DNA of 64,000 bases, from assembly GCA_965649765.1 (NCBI GenBank), contig OZ287754.1:50778001-50842000 (forward strand), in the 5' to 3' direction. The notes beneath the pieces are model-generated. The model was given only the letters and a program-made list of their open reading frames with translations, had not been told where the DNA came from and searched no databases. Made by a program: the position numbers and the translations under genes. How positions within the stretch are numbered: the stretch's first letter is position 1; the number at the start of each line of letters is the position of its first letter. This document shows, in pieces, positions 48,664 to 59,969 of the stretch. This DNA comes from Bispira polyomma (taxonomy: Eukaryota).

Positions 48664-51600
48664 CCTGAAAAGAGAAGTTATGATTTATTGAAGAACCAGG
48701 ACACTATCAAACTGACAGCAGTTAAGTTACATAACTTCTAAAGTAACAAAATACAGATCACCCTACACATAAATAATACAACGTAAAGTATGTACTTTAG
48801 GTGAGGGGATCTCAGAAAAATGGTGCCCCAAATACCAAGAAGTTTTTGAAGCATAGGTGTGTTCTGATAGGTGTGCCCTAAATACCAATAACAATTTGGG
48901 AAAGATTGAGGGGTTCTTTAAGAACTGCCACCCCTTTTGCCAAAAAGAAATATAAATCACTTTTATATATTATAACATTTAATTTCATGAAACTAAAATA
49001 TGAATGTATACTCGTGGCCGGTGGATTCGATAGTCTAACAGTTTAAAATGCTTATCTGTTAAATTGTCGGTATAACATTAATTTTACTTCATAAAATATT
49101 GAATTACATTTTCATAACAATCTGTCCATAATACATATTATGCTTATCTATGATATTTCTTTGATTAAATTCACAGACATTGACTGCATGTGTTTGCTGA
49201 CTTGTAAGGTAAATGGCCGGTGGATTATATACTCAATATATGAAAAAGCATTTTAAAGTAGAATTCACTGTTTCTAATATAATATATGTGTTGTATCTGT
49301 AAGTTATATAGTTACTAAGACAGGAATATCACATTATTTTCTTTTCTCACAATATTCTGAATTATTCAAATTTCTCAAGTACTGACTCCTTTTATATTCA
49401 ACTTTCTGGGCTATATCATATATTTTTTATTGTATCAAAAGTATCAGAAAGCGTATTTCTCTGGCTTCATGAATATATATGCTTAAAATATGTATCACCT
49501 ATATTTACTAAAATATGAGCATTTCATTAATAACCTCCACTCTAAAACTTCCATTTTTAACATTTTGGGATATACAGTCCAACTTTTACTAAGAATATCT
49601 TCCTGACCATTTGTTAGACTTCAAATTGGTTAACCCTGCCATAAGAGGCATGATATGACCTTTCTGATGATACAAAAACAATTTTTTTTGGCGAAGTATT
49701 CATATAGATATAGCAATTTTTTCAATTGAAATTTTTGGGAAAAATTCCATAAATCACTATCAAATCCACCGTCTGTGACATTATATTATTGAGTGTGAAA
49801 TATACCACAGGGGAAAATACATATAATTGATACTCTAACTTTTTTACATACTCAAAATTTAAGATTAAAGTTTACTATGTGCTGTGAACTTATCATAACT
49901 TTAAAGATCTATTAAATGGCTAAATCTAGCAGGTCAAAACTTTTTGGGAGGCAGTGTAAAAAATACGTAGACAAAAGCAAAAACAGCTTTTACAGAAAAT
50001 ACTTTCAATTAAAACTATAAGATATAAAAATAAATAACATACCAATCATAAACATTCATTGTTGTGAATTGACAATTTGTGTTTATGTGATAAGTTAATG
50101 TAATTGTTCAAAGTTTATTTCCTGGTATTTAAAAAATGAACAACCAATGAAAAGTGTCAAATAAACTATCAGGTGATTGGTATACAATATTGAGGTCACA
50201 TGATCAATGACAGCTGCAGAATGGAGCTAAATGTGTTAAAAAAGTAGGAAGTTATTTTTTATGGTATGTTTTTTTCATTGAAAGTGAACCCTAATGCAAA
50301 ATAAAATGCTGTATGAAGCAAAAACAATAACTCGTAAATAAAGTGATATATTTGTTTTGTGCATCAAATTGGATAAAAGGCAAGTAATTGGTTGTGAAGT
50401 GTGAGAGGTAAGGAAATCACGTATTGCAGAGTTGCCAAACTTGTCTTTTTTATATATACTGCTACCGTGCATTGTGGAGAATTTGTATTTTCGCTCACGG
50501 AAGACGGGCCCTGGCAACTGTGGATATGGCCATAGTAACAATCAAAGTCAGCTTTACAATAACAATTGTAAAATTCAAGTTTCGCTGACCAATTGGCACG
50601 GTTTCTGTAATCCAATTCAAACCATCACTCCTATTGCGCATGTAAAAGACAAGTCTGATGGAATTAAGGTGTTATTCAACATTTACTTTGATGTGACTAC
50701 GGCTAATTATATTTATGTCAGTGTTGAAGTTCCACCAAAAGGGCTATTGGAAATTATTCAGACATGGGAAACCACAGTGATATTTCTTTAATATATAATT
50801 CATATAATGAAGTGGAATCTCACAACCAACAGTGGTTAAGCAAGCTGCTAATACTGTATACTATTTCAAGAGAGATATGGCATGCCATGAGCAGATTGGT
50901 TGTAATTACACTGAATATGTTAATTGATGCATTGATTGCCGACATTGAGGAGGAAATGCCTCAGGTTAGAGATGTGCCAGGCCAGACTGCCAAGGCAAAT
51001 GTAAGTAGACACAAATACAACAAGTCAATTGTGGGACTTGTGGGATATACACAGAACCATCGTGCACCAAGTTCACCCAAATTATTCAAAGTAATCAGTC
51101 AAATGACAAACAATTTAGTCAGATTAAGGACTTTAATGATCCTCACAAAAGCGTGGGTTTCTTGGCACTTTCGTCCATTGACCTTACTTTCATGGACCCA
51201 GATAGACCACATAGGAACATTCGATCAGTAAAAGACATGCTGCGAGTGACCACCTTTACCAGGGAAACTGCTGTCCCAAACTATAGAAAGGCTAGGATCC
51301 CACTTTTATCTGGCTTACATATTTAAGCTTGGGAGGAGACTACCCTGATAAATTACTTTGCCAATATATCAAATTTGGGTTTCCCTTATCTCTCACCAAA
51401 CCTTCTGCGCTGAACATTAATCTCGTGGTGAACCACTTTTCTGCTCTTTAACACACTAAGAGTGTAAAAAACTACCTTGAAGAGAGAAAGAGTAAAGGGG
51501 CTATGTTAGGCTCAGTGAAGGATATAGACTCTCCACATTACCATTGCTCACCCTTTCTAACATGTCAGAAAGATATTAACAGTCACAGAGTTATACTGAA

Positions 51601-53634
51601 TTTTTCATATCCGTATGGCTCTCAGTGAATGAGAATGTCAAAAAATCACTTTTCGATTGACTGAAATGTACTTTGAAATTTTCCACTATAGGCAACATCA
51701 CTCAAGCAATTTAAGACTTGTATTTAAAGACAACATCGCTATGGCATTCCGCAACCTGCATAAACGCATTGAAAGTTGGTATTTTGTTTCAAGAGGGCAG
51801 ATACATTGATCTGGCAGTAACGTTTGACTGGGTCCATGGCAGGATTCTCATGCAATTGTGTCCTGCATGTGTCACCGTGGTTTCAATATGTTTTGCTAGG
51901 TCACTTAGGTCTCCATATGAATGTGAGCAAAAGAACTCACCCTAGCACAAATATCACATACCTAGGGTTAGATATATACGTCATAGGGGGACAATTAGTT
52001 ATCAAAAGGAAAAAAATTCATGATAATTTGGAATGTTGTTGTGATGTTTACAATAGACATACAATCTCGTTTAGCAGGTTCCAGTCATTTCTGGGTAAAT
52101 TACTGTATGTTCATAAATGTGTGAAATCTGCACACACCTTTATTAATAGACTGCTTAACACATTCAGAAACAATAGTGACAAAAATAAATCTGTAGTTAC
52201 CATGGACATGCGGAACAATATGGCATGGTTAAAAAATTCGTATAAACTTTAAATGGCATTACCAGTCTACAAGTCAAAATTATCAAACTCTCGCTGTCTT
52301 ATTATTGTATTTACAATGAAGAGTTCCCACTTCCCAGTTCTTCCTTACATACTAACTCTAAGTATAGCTATGCTACACCCAGATGTAAATGAAGAAGAAT
52401 ATTCACGATAATGTCAGTATGTGTTCCAGTTCATGGTGTTTTATTATATCTAGTGTATTTATAACAAGCACTAAAAAGGTATGTCCATTCCTTGCTGACT
52501 ACCTTCACACTAACCACACTACCCCAGCATATTAGAACCACAACTTTCCTTACTCAATAAAGGCTACATGGTTAAACTGCAGACAGAGTAGGACCATTTA
52601 AGTGTATTTTTAACTTTGTTTTTCAAACTTTCTGTACCAAGGAAGGAGGAAGTATATGCCACTCCATACTTAGATGTTTACAATCAAGAGTTCACATTTG
52701 TTCACCTTGAGATGTTGAACATTATTCTGTTTCTGGGCCCACCAGGGTATACTCTTTCACTGCAATATTATGACTGTAGTTCTGGTTGTGAACACTCAGA
52801 AAACTAGGGATACCTTTTTAGCCTCATGTTTAAGGACTATTTGGCTTCTTGCTGCCACTCATGGCACAACTATAGAAGTTCAACATATCCCAGGCAAACA
52901 TAATAACATTGCAAATTCTCTTTCCAGGATTCTGCCAAACCACCAAATGCTGAATTATTACAAGACTTCACACAATCAGTATCACTGGAACACAGCTCCT
53001 ATACAATAGTTCATATAGTTTATTCGTACTCAAAGTACATTTTTTATAATATACAAACATGATAGGAACAAACAAAAACAGGAAAAAAAACAACAAAACA
53101 ATACTTCAATACTTTAACCTGAAATTATACGTGTAATTTCAGACATAACCAGAGTCACATAACCACATAACTACAGTAACCAATTCAAGACTTTCTTGGC
53201 TTTTCTGAATGTGGCCAGCCTACAACAAAATTATAATGTTTCTATCTTTATTATAATCTCTCTTCTCTAAAGTTCAGTTAATTCCATAGCTTTGTTTATC
53301 AGTATAACCATTAACTCCTCTTTGTGTCCTAAACCAAAAGTTTTATTTGATATAAATCAGTTAACACAAATTTCACAGGCTTATCAGATCTTACAGGATC
53401 CAGCATTGTATAGAACAAGTTTCCTCTTGTCTTTTTTCGGGGTTTTCAGGCTTTCAAACATACCCTCTCATTCTAGAGCTTCTTTTGACCTTTGTAAGCA
53501 TTTTCTTCGGAAAGACAATTTTTTTGCCCCACCGGGAGCTCATGTCAAACTAAAATGGGCAACATAACAATTTGCACAAAAGAACTGAAACACACATTTA
53601 CCAATTCTTCTGCTTAAAAACTTCCCTGCCCCTG

Positions 53635-53825
53635 CAGTCCACTTAAGTTATAAGGTGTAAGTTGGGTTCAAGATGTTAAGTAATGGATTTTAAGTCAAGT
53701 GTGATGTTTGTGTAAGTAAATAAAACGGTTCAGTTTGAGCTTTATTTTATATATACATGTTAATGGTATATGTACAGAGAAACAAGTGTAAAAATGGTTA
53801 AAATTCAGAAAATTTTAAGCCCCAA
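53635..53825 (-). repeat. Split direct repeat B2 (191 bp)
   Basis: Same sequence as 54808-54998. Confidence 0.95.
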
Positions 53826-54575
53826 TCAAGGAGGACTAAAGACCAACAGAGATTTAAGTCGTAAAGGACTAGCCAATAATAAATACATAAAAATATGCGG
53901 ACTAGCCATTAAATAATTATACAATATACGTAAGCGTACAACTTAAAACTGGTATCATTCTTGTTACCTTTCAAGCTATATAGTGAAATATGTAGATACT
54001 AAAAGTTACACATAAAACAATAAATCTTGCATAAATCGACACATAAATTACATCATCAATGGCCATAAACAGTCCATATACCACATTTATATCATTGCTG
54101 AAGTTCAACATAGCTAATTGTTAGAAACTCTCTCATTATTGGTTAATATTTACAACCACTCTCAGTTTATATGCCTGTATTTAACATTATTTACTAAGAT
54201 ACCACAAGTAATTTTCTCAATTTCATCCATTGGCATGCGCTTCAGGCTAACCGATGGCCTAGGGCACCAACCGCCTAGCAAAGGGGAAATCCTGCCCGTC
54301 ATACCCCCTCCTGGCGATGCATTATATGACCCAGTGGAGGCATAAGAGACAGGATCCCCCCTTCACACGGCCACCGGCTCGAACCTTCGCCGTCCGCTCT
54401 GTTGCCGAGTTCCCTGTTGGAAACGACCGGATTACAATTCCAATATAGTAGTGACTTGCCCGTATTTCCACGTGGACTATTCACTTTGTCGTGACATGAT
54501 ATTAAAGAAAACATAAAGCTTAAGTCGCTGATTATTCGTCAAGCACTAGGCTGTGGTCATAGGGGAGGAGGTGGG

Positions 54576-54998
54576 TCATAAAATATTTTTCACTTGTTGT
54601 TGCTTTGAATTCTATAGCTTGAATGTAGATTCAAAATGGTGATTTGGAAAGTGAAGCCTAAACAACAAGTGTGTGGGCTGTGATTGGCTAGTAGCCCAGT
54701 AAATAGCTACATATATTGTTGGTATAACCGAAATTAAGGTTGTGATGAAAGTTAAAAGGTTTGTAAGTGGACTGAAGTATCAGGCCCCTAAAGGGTCCTG
54801 CTGTGCACAGTCCACTTAAGTTATAAGGTGTAAGTTGGGTTCAAGATGTTAAGTAATGGATTTTAAGTCAAGTGTGATGTTTGTGTAAGTAAATAAAACG
54901 GTTCAGTTTGAGCTTTATTTTATATATACATGTTAATGGTATATGTACAGAGAAACAAGTGTAAAAATGGTTAAAATTCAGAAAATTTTAAGCCCCAA
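54576..54998 (-). repeat. Internal B1-A2 split-direct-repeat junction (circle-junction copy)
   Basis: 54576-54807 equals 59970-60201 (A); 54808-54998 equals 53635-53825 (B). The two join at GCTGTGCA|CAGTCC. Confidence 0.95.
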
Positions 54999-55004
54999 GC
55001 CCAA

Positions 55005-55758
55005 CTAGAGAGAAGAAGGAATGGAAGAGGCAAAGGTATGAGGCACGACTGATGCTGCCTGGGAGGTTTTTTGGAGGTAAGCCCAAACTGAAGATGATCT
55101 CCAAAGCCCGTGGGCCATTATATTCTGTAGGGATACATTATGATTAAATGCAAATGAAGCTCCAGAACGTCTGAAAGTATGGAATCCATGTGAAGAATAT
55201 TGTATTCCAATGTGTGTCAAGACTTTTTCCAGAGCTGTCCTTACATGTGTTTCTACTATGGTGTGATGTGGTGTACCAGCTACTGCAAAAAGTGGTGCAG
55301 CAGGAGGAAGGGGCCTGGAAGCTAGTAAGGTTTGTAATGCCAATACTGGACAAATAGTCTTATTTTGTAGTTTTGGAATTTGTATTATATGTGTATCTGT
55401 CCTATTTTGCAAATTTTTTGCCCATTTTAGGATGATGTGAGCCCCAGGATGTCCAAAAATTAAGTCCTGTCTGAGAAAATGCCTAGATCTATCAAATGTG
55501 GCCCTTGAGTGAGGGGCAATATTGGATAATCTCAAAAAAGCAAAATAGGCCAGGCAGCAGGGGAAATGTTATTTTGTGTCAAATATTCCAAAAAGGCCAG
55601 TACTGAATGAACCGAAGTATTTGAAATGCCTGCAAATTCATTAAAAGCCAGGAAAGTTTTAAATTGATTTTCGTAAGCAGAAGAAGTCTTTGGTCTAAGT
55701 GCTGTGTCAATCCTTCCACATGCTGAAGTGATGAGTTTCTGAGTAATGGCAGTAGCAC
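55005..55758 (-). pseudogene. Tyrosine recombinase of element 3, with an internal frameshifting deletion near 55555
   Basis: N-terminus ALRPKTSSAYENQFKTFLAF...LEYLTQNNISPA jumps in a different frame to AYFAFLRLSN...CPVLAL...HTFRRSGA...HGLWRSSSVWAY (R, HxxR, H/W, Y catalytic set). Confidence 0.9.
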
Positions 55759-55764
55759 CTGTAA

Positions 55765-57886
55765 TTATATTAAAAAATCTAGGTCAAAATGTTGTATGAG
55801 TACTGGATTCCAAACATAATTGTTGTATAAATTATATAACATGTCCCTGCTGGGAGGAGTTTTGCAATAAATTCTAGAAAGGACATCTGCTATTATGTTT
55901 TTCTTGCCTGGAATGTGCTTAATGCTAATATTAATGTCATATGTGGCTATAAGTAGCCAAATGTTCCTTAAGCATAATGCTAGAAATTCGTCTTTCGTCT
56001 TCTGACTTTCAACAACCAGTACGACGGCCATGTTGTCACAGTGAATTGTTAGTCTACTGTGAGCCCATTTTTCACCCCAAATTTTTAAAGCCAGGACAAT
56101 GTTCAGCATCTCTATATGCACTATGGTAAGCTCTCTTTGATAAACATTATAATATGGTGTAGAGTATACTTCTTTGTTCCAGACACCTCCTAAACCTGAT
56201 AGGCAGGCGTCCAGATGTAACTTGTCCATATGGGAAATGTCCCTATGGTTAATGTATGATATCCCGTTATATTGAGGTAAGAATTTTTGAAACCAGTCGA
56301 TGTCATGGCGCATTTCAGAAGAAATTTTGAATTTTTTAGCATTGTGATAATTGCTGAAACCTTGAAGTAATCTATTTATGAAAGTTCTGGCAGGTTTCAC
56401 GCACTTGTGAACATATAATAATTTTCCTAATAAAGATTGAAACTGAGTACGTGAAATGTGCAATTTTTGAGAGGTGTCATTTACCATTTTAATTATGCTT
56501 ATAAGTTTTTCTTCCTGTATGCTAATAGTGCCGGCAGTAATATCAAAGTCTAAGCCTAGGCATGTAAGGCGAGTTGTGGGAGGTGTAAGCTTATCATCGT
56601 TAATTGGGAAACCTAGCCTAAGCAATAAATCTTTCAAAATACGGAAGCCCTTGTCAGCCTTATTTCTAGTACATACACATATGTAGTCATCGATGTAGCA
56701 AAATACTCTAAACCCGCGTTCCGACATATAGGCTGCTATGGCATCGGAACAACGCTGAAAAGCCGCGCTTCCGTGTATCCACCCGAACGCGACCGCAGAG
56801 TCAATGCACTGCCCTTCAGCGAATTGTATGCCTAGTTTCAGTGCGTCAGCTGGATCAACTCTCAAGTTACGGAGATGCTCGGGCCACGTCAATCTTGAAC
56901 AGCACTGGATCATGAGTATTCCGAATCGCCTCTGTGATGTCGTCAATAGTAGGAAATTTTAATATGAATTTGACCCCATCGAACAGTGCTTTGTCTACAT
57001 TTTCGTTTAGTGACTGCCCCAGTGGATAAGAAAGATTTAAAATGACCCTACGTTTGTCTGTGTCTTTGGGTCTGGTTAAAAGGGGTGAGCAGTGATAGTG
57101 TGGTGAGTTCACTTGCTTAACTGGGCCTAACATCGCCCCCATTGACTTTTCTTTCTCAAGATATTGCCCGACTTCTTTCGTAAATTGCAAAGCAGAGCAA
57201 TGGTTGACAGTTTTTGAATTATTTAGTTTCCCTGGTTCTGTGAGAGATAGAGGAAACCCGAATTTTATATATTGTATTAATAGCTGATCCGAATAGTCAG
57301 TAAGCATTTCCTCCCACGCTGTGTGGTGTAATCCCGAAATTAAAGGAATTCTAGCCTGCCTATAATTAGGGAGATTCGTGCCTCTAACTATAGCAGCAAT
57401 TTTTTCCATTTTACCGACTGAATCAACTTTTACTGGCTCCTGATCAGGACCAATAAACTGAAATTTTGTGGAAGATAATGGAATAAATCCCACTGATTTT
57501 CCTGATTGGGCGATATGACAATTTTCCTTAATGTTCTTACTGGTCCCAGCATTGACCCCATCAGTTTTGAAGAAGAAATCGCGAATCGGACATGTGTATA
57601 TTTCATCGCAGGGCACACTCCTTGGAGTCTCGTGTCCAGCTGCAGTATTTACATTGAATTTGTCTGCACTGCTTCCATTGTCATCTACGTTCCAGTTATC
57701 ATCACACATAATATCAATAATATTCGTTATATATTCAGAATAGTTGCAGCCATACTGTTTGTAACACTTTTCATCTTTACTGAAATTGTCGAAAACATTG
57801 CCTGCCTGTTCAATATCCTCAGCATTACACTGATTAACCTTACTTAGTAATTTTTTGCATCTATCTGTGAGATCATAATATATCAT
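55765..57886 (-). CDS. DIRS-type reverse transcriptase/RNase H of element 3 (one frameshift near 56873)
   Basis: TRPKDTDKRRVILNLSYP, KIDVARA-(F)RNLRVDP, AFGWIHGS, YIDD, LDACLSGLGG, HIEMLN, CDN and ADVLSR. ORFs 56867-57886 and 55765-56946 are joined by a 1-nt insertion in GCATCTCCGT. Confidence 0.9.
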
Positions 57887-58326
57887 ATATACACATATCT
57901 GTGTATGACCTGCAGATCTCCTTGAGGTATATTAAACACAGGCATGTACTTCATTTCATTGTCCCGACTATGATGGTATATGTAGTAAAACCCTTCAATT
58001 TCATTGCAGCTACAGTTTAAGAATATTATTGGAGCCCAAACGGACCATTTTTTACAAAAATGTTGCCAATTGGTGACAGTGACTGTTACTTCTATCTGAT
58101 TTTTACTTTCTGTTTCTTTAGAATTACCATCATAGTATTGGGAATTAACATAACCAGCTAACTCGCTGTTGCAGTACTGCATTTTACTTCCACTGCATCT
58201 GGATTGCCCACTGTCATACAAAAATAAGTCATAATGCTCTGATATACAGTTGTAATCCGTCATCATGCCTCCATTTGAAACATTTGTGAAATTACTAGAG
58301 TACATTTTGTTCACATTGTTTTGCAT
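57883..58326 (-). CDS. Uncharacterised ORF between gag and RT of element 3
   Basis: 147-aa ORF whose C-terminal ~60 aa align without gaps to 50570-50762 of element 2. Its TGA overlaps the ATG of the RT ORF (ATGA). Confidence 0.55.
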   Translation of the reverse strand: MQNNVNKMYSSNFTNVSNGGMMTDYNCISEHYDLFLYDSGQSRCSGSKMQYCNSELAGYVNSQYYDGNSKETESKNQIEVTVTVTNWQHFCKKWSVWAPIIFLNCSCNEIEGFYYIYHHSRDNEMKYMPVFNIPQGDLQVIHRYVYI

Positions 58327-58506
58327 TATGTTCTCATTTCCATTAATATATTCATTGTTCTCATTACCATAAAACAGTATATTATCAACATCATTAGATT
58401 TAAGCTCACCTTTTACAATTTTAATGTTACTATCATGCTCATCTCTTATTTCTACTTTGCAATTATCTTTAACTATAGTTCGTTCTCCTGGTTGTTGAAG
58501 AATTAC

Positions 58507-59883
58507 CTAGCTTTGCTTTCCTTGGTTTACCTGAGTGTCCAGCTGTTTACTGTTGGATCTGTAACACTTGAACTCAGGGTGGTTCGAGTCCTTTCCCAGG
58601 GTTCGGCTACAATGCCAACAGATGTGTTTATATTTGTCGTGATCTGACTTGTGGGTACATTTACCATTGTTATATAACTTACAAATAAGTTTAGAATCGT
58701 TGCTAGAATTGCTGTTGCTAATACCTACGTTTGCACTGTTGACCATGGCTACCTGGGAAGCACTGAGCCTATTCAGTGACCATTGGGTGTCGTTCTGCCA
58801 GGACAGCCGGCCCTCCTCGACCTCGTGCATACTGAGAGCCCAGGCTGTCCTGACAACGTGCCACGGAAGAGATGAAGCATCTCTGAGTGCTGATACTATT
58901 TGTCTTACCATGTCCTTCATTTCAGCAGGGTTAGGTACTAACAGTGCGTTAGCGAGCTGCCCTGCAGCCCACTGCGGCAGTGTGAGTTCATCGAACGTTG
59001 GCTTCTTCTTTGAAGAACCCCCTACCCACCCTTCGTTAGGCCACCTTAGCCTGGGATCTATGGAAGTGACGTCTGTGTTATTGAACCGTCCCGATTTATG
59101 CTTAAGAGATGCCTTACCTTGTGTTATATCTCGCTGTGCAAGTGCTGAATACTGAGCAAGTTGTCTGGTAACTTCCGCCTGGACGTGAGGTAAGGTTCTT
59201 AAAGCATCTAGATTCGGTACGATCCCGTCTCGTTGGTAATCGTGACCCGTGTGTGTTGCTACGGGGATGTCTGGTCTAGCGTTCTGCATATAAGCTGATG
59301 CAATATTGCCTGACTGAGTGGGAAGCGCGAACGCAGCGTTGCCCTGTGCTGGTTGTTGAGGAGGATAACCCGTCTGTGGTAGTGATCCGGCAGCGATCTG
59401 GCCGTGGTGGCCTGTAGCAGGTTGGTTGTATGCAGATGTACCCTGCACGTTAAGTGAAACTGTAGTTCCCATCTGCCCGATGGCCGGTGTGTGACCCGTC
59501 CCGAGGAGAGATGGGGTAGGTAACATGGATGCGTTAGTCGATGCCTGCTGCTCTACTTTCTGCAAACGGCCAGCTAAGTCGGCGTTAGAAGCTTCAAGCC
59601 TTATGAGAATGGCAAGCATTTGGTCAGAATTCTGGCTGCTGGTTGTGTCGGAACCCGGCCTAAGTAGGGGCCCCCGAGTCGCCATCATTGGCGAGGCGTC
59701 GCTATTTATCTGTTGAAAAGAATTGTCAGTACTAGAGGGGCCCGCTACCTGTGATAATTGACCGTCGAGGTCCAAGACGAGAGAATCAACTACTTGCCTT
59801 TCCTTTGTCTTTCTTGCTGTAAGTGGTTTCTTGGTCGATTTTTTAACTGAGCTGTGTGTGGGCGTTTTCTTAGTACGACCCAT
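58507..59883 (-). CDS. Gag-like protein of element 3 with C-terminal Cys/His finger
   Basis: Open 458-codon frame from MGRTKK; KHKSGRF, RWPNE, PTFDELTLPQWAAG and ICKLYNNGKCTHKSDH..YKHICWHC...HPEFKC. Confidence 0.85.
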   Translation of the reverse strand: MGRTKKTPTHSSVKKSTKKPLTARKTKERQVVDSLVLDLDGQLSQVAGPSSTDNSFQQINSDASPMMATRGPLLRPGSDTTSSQNSDQMLAILIRLEASNADLAGRLQKVEQQASTNASMLPTPSLLGTGHTPAIGQMGTTVSLNVQGTSAYNQPATGHHGQIAAGSLPQTGYPPQQPAQGNAAFALPTQSGNIASAYMQNARPDIPVATHTGHDYQRDGIVPNLDALRTLPHVQAEVTRQLAQYSALAQRDITQGKASLKHKSGRFNNTDVTSIDPRLRWPNEGWVGGSSKKKPTFDELTLPQWAAGQLANALLVPNPAEMKDMVRQIVSALRDASSLPWHVVRTAWALSMHEVEEGRLSWQNDTQWSLNRLSASQVAMVNSANVGISNSNSSNDSKLICKLYNNGKCTHKSDHDKYKHICWHCSRTLGKDSNHPEFKCYRSNSKQLDTQVNQGKQS

Positions 59884-59969
59884 GTCGATTGATTCACAAT
59901 ATGTAACACACAATGTGTAATAAAAACCAAGTTAAAATAATAAAATCACATAAATACAATTCATTTATT

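Noticed and set aside
50760-50775. GGGAAAC slippery heptamer at the ORF overlap in element 2
   Set aside because: The heptamer is not in the required X XXY YYZ phase relative to the upstream frame.
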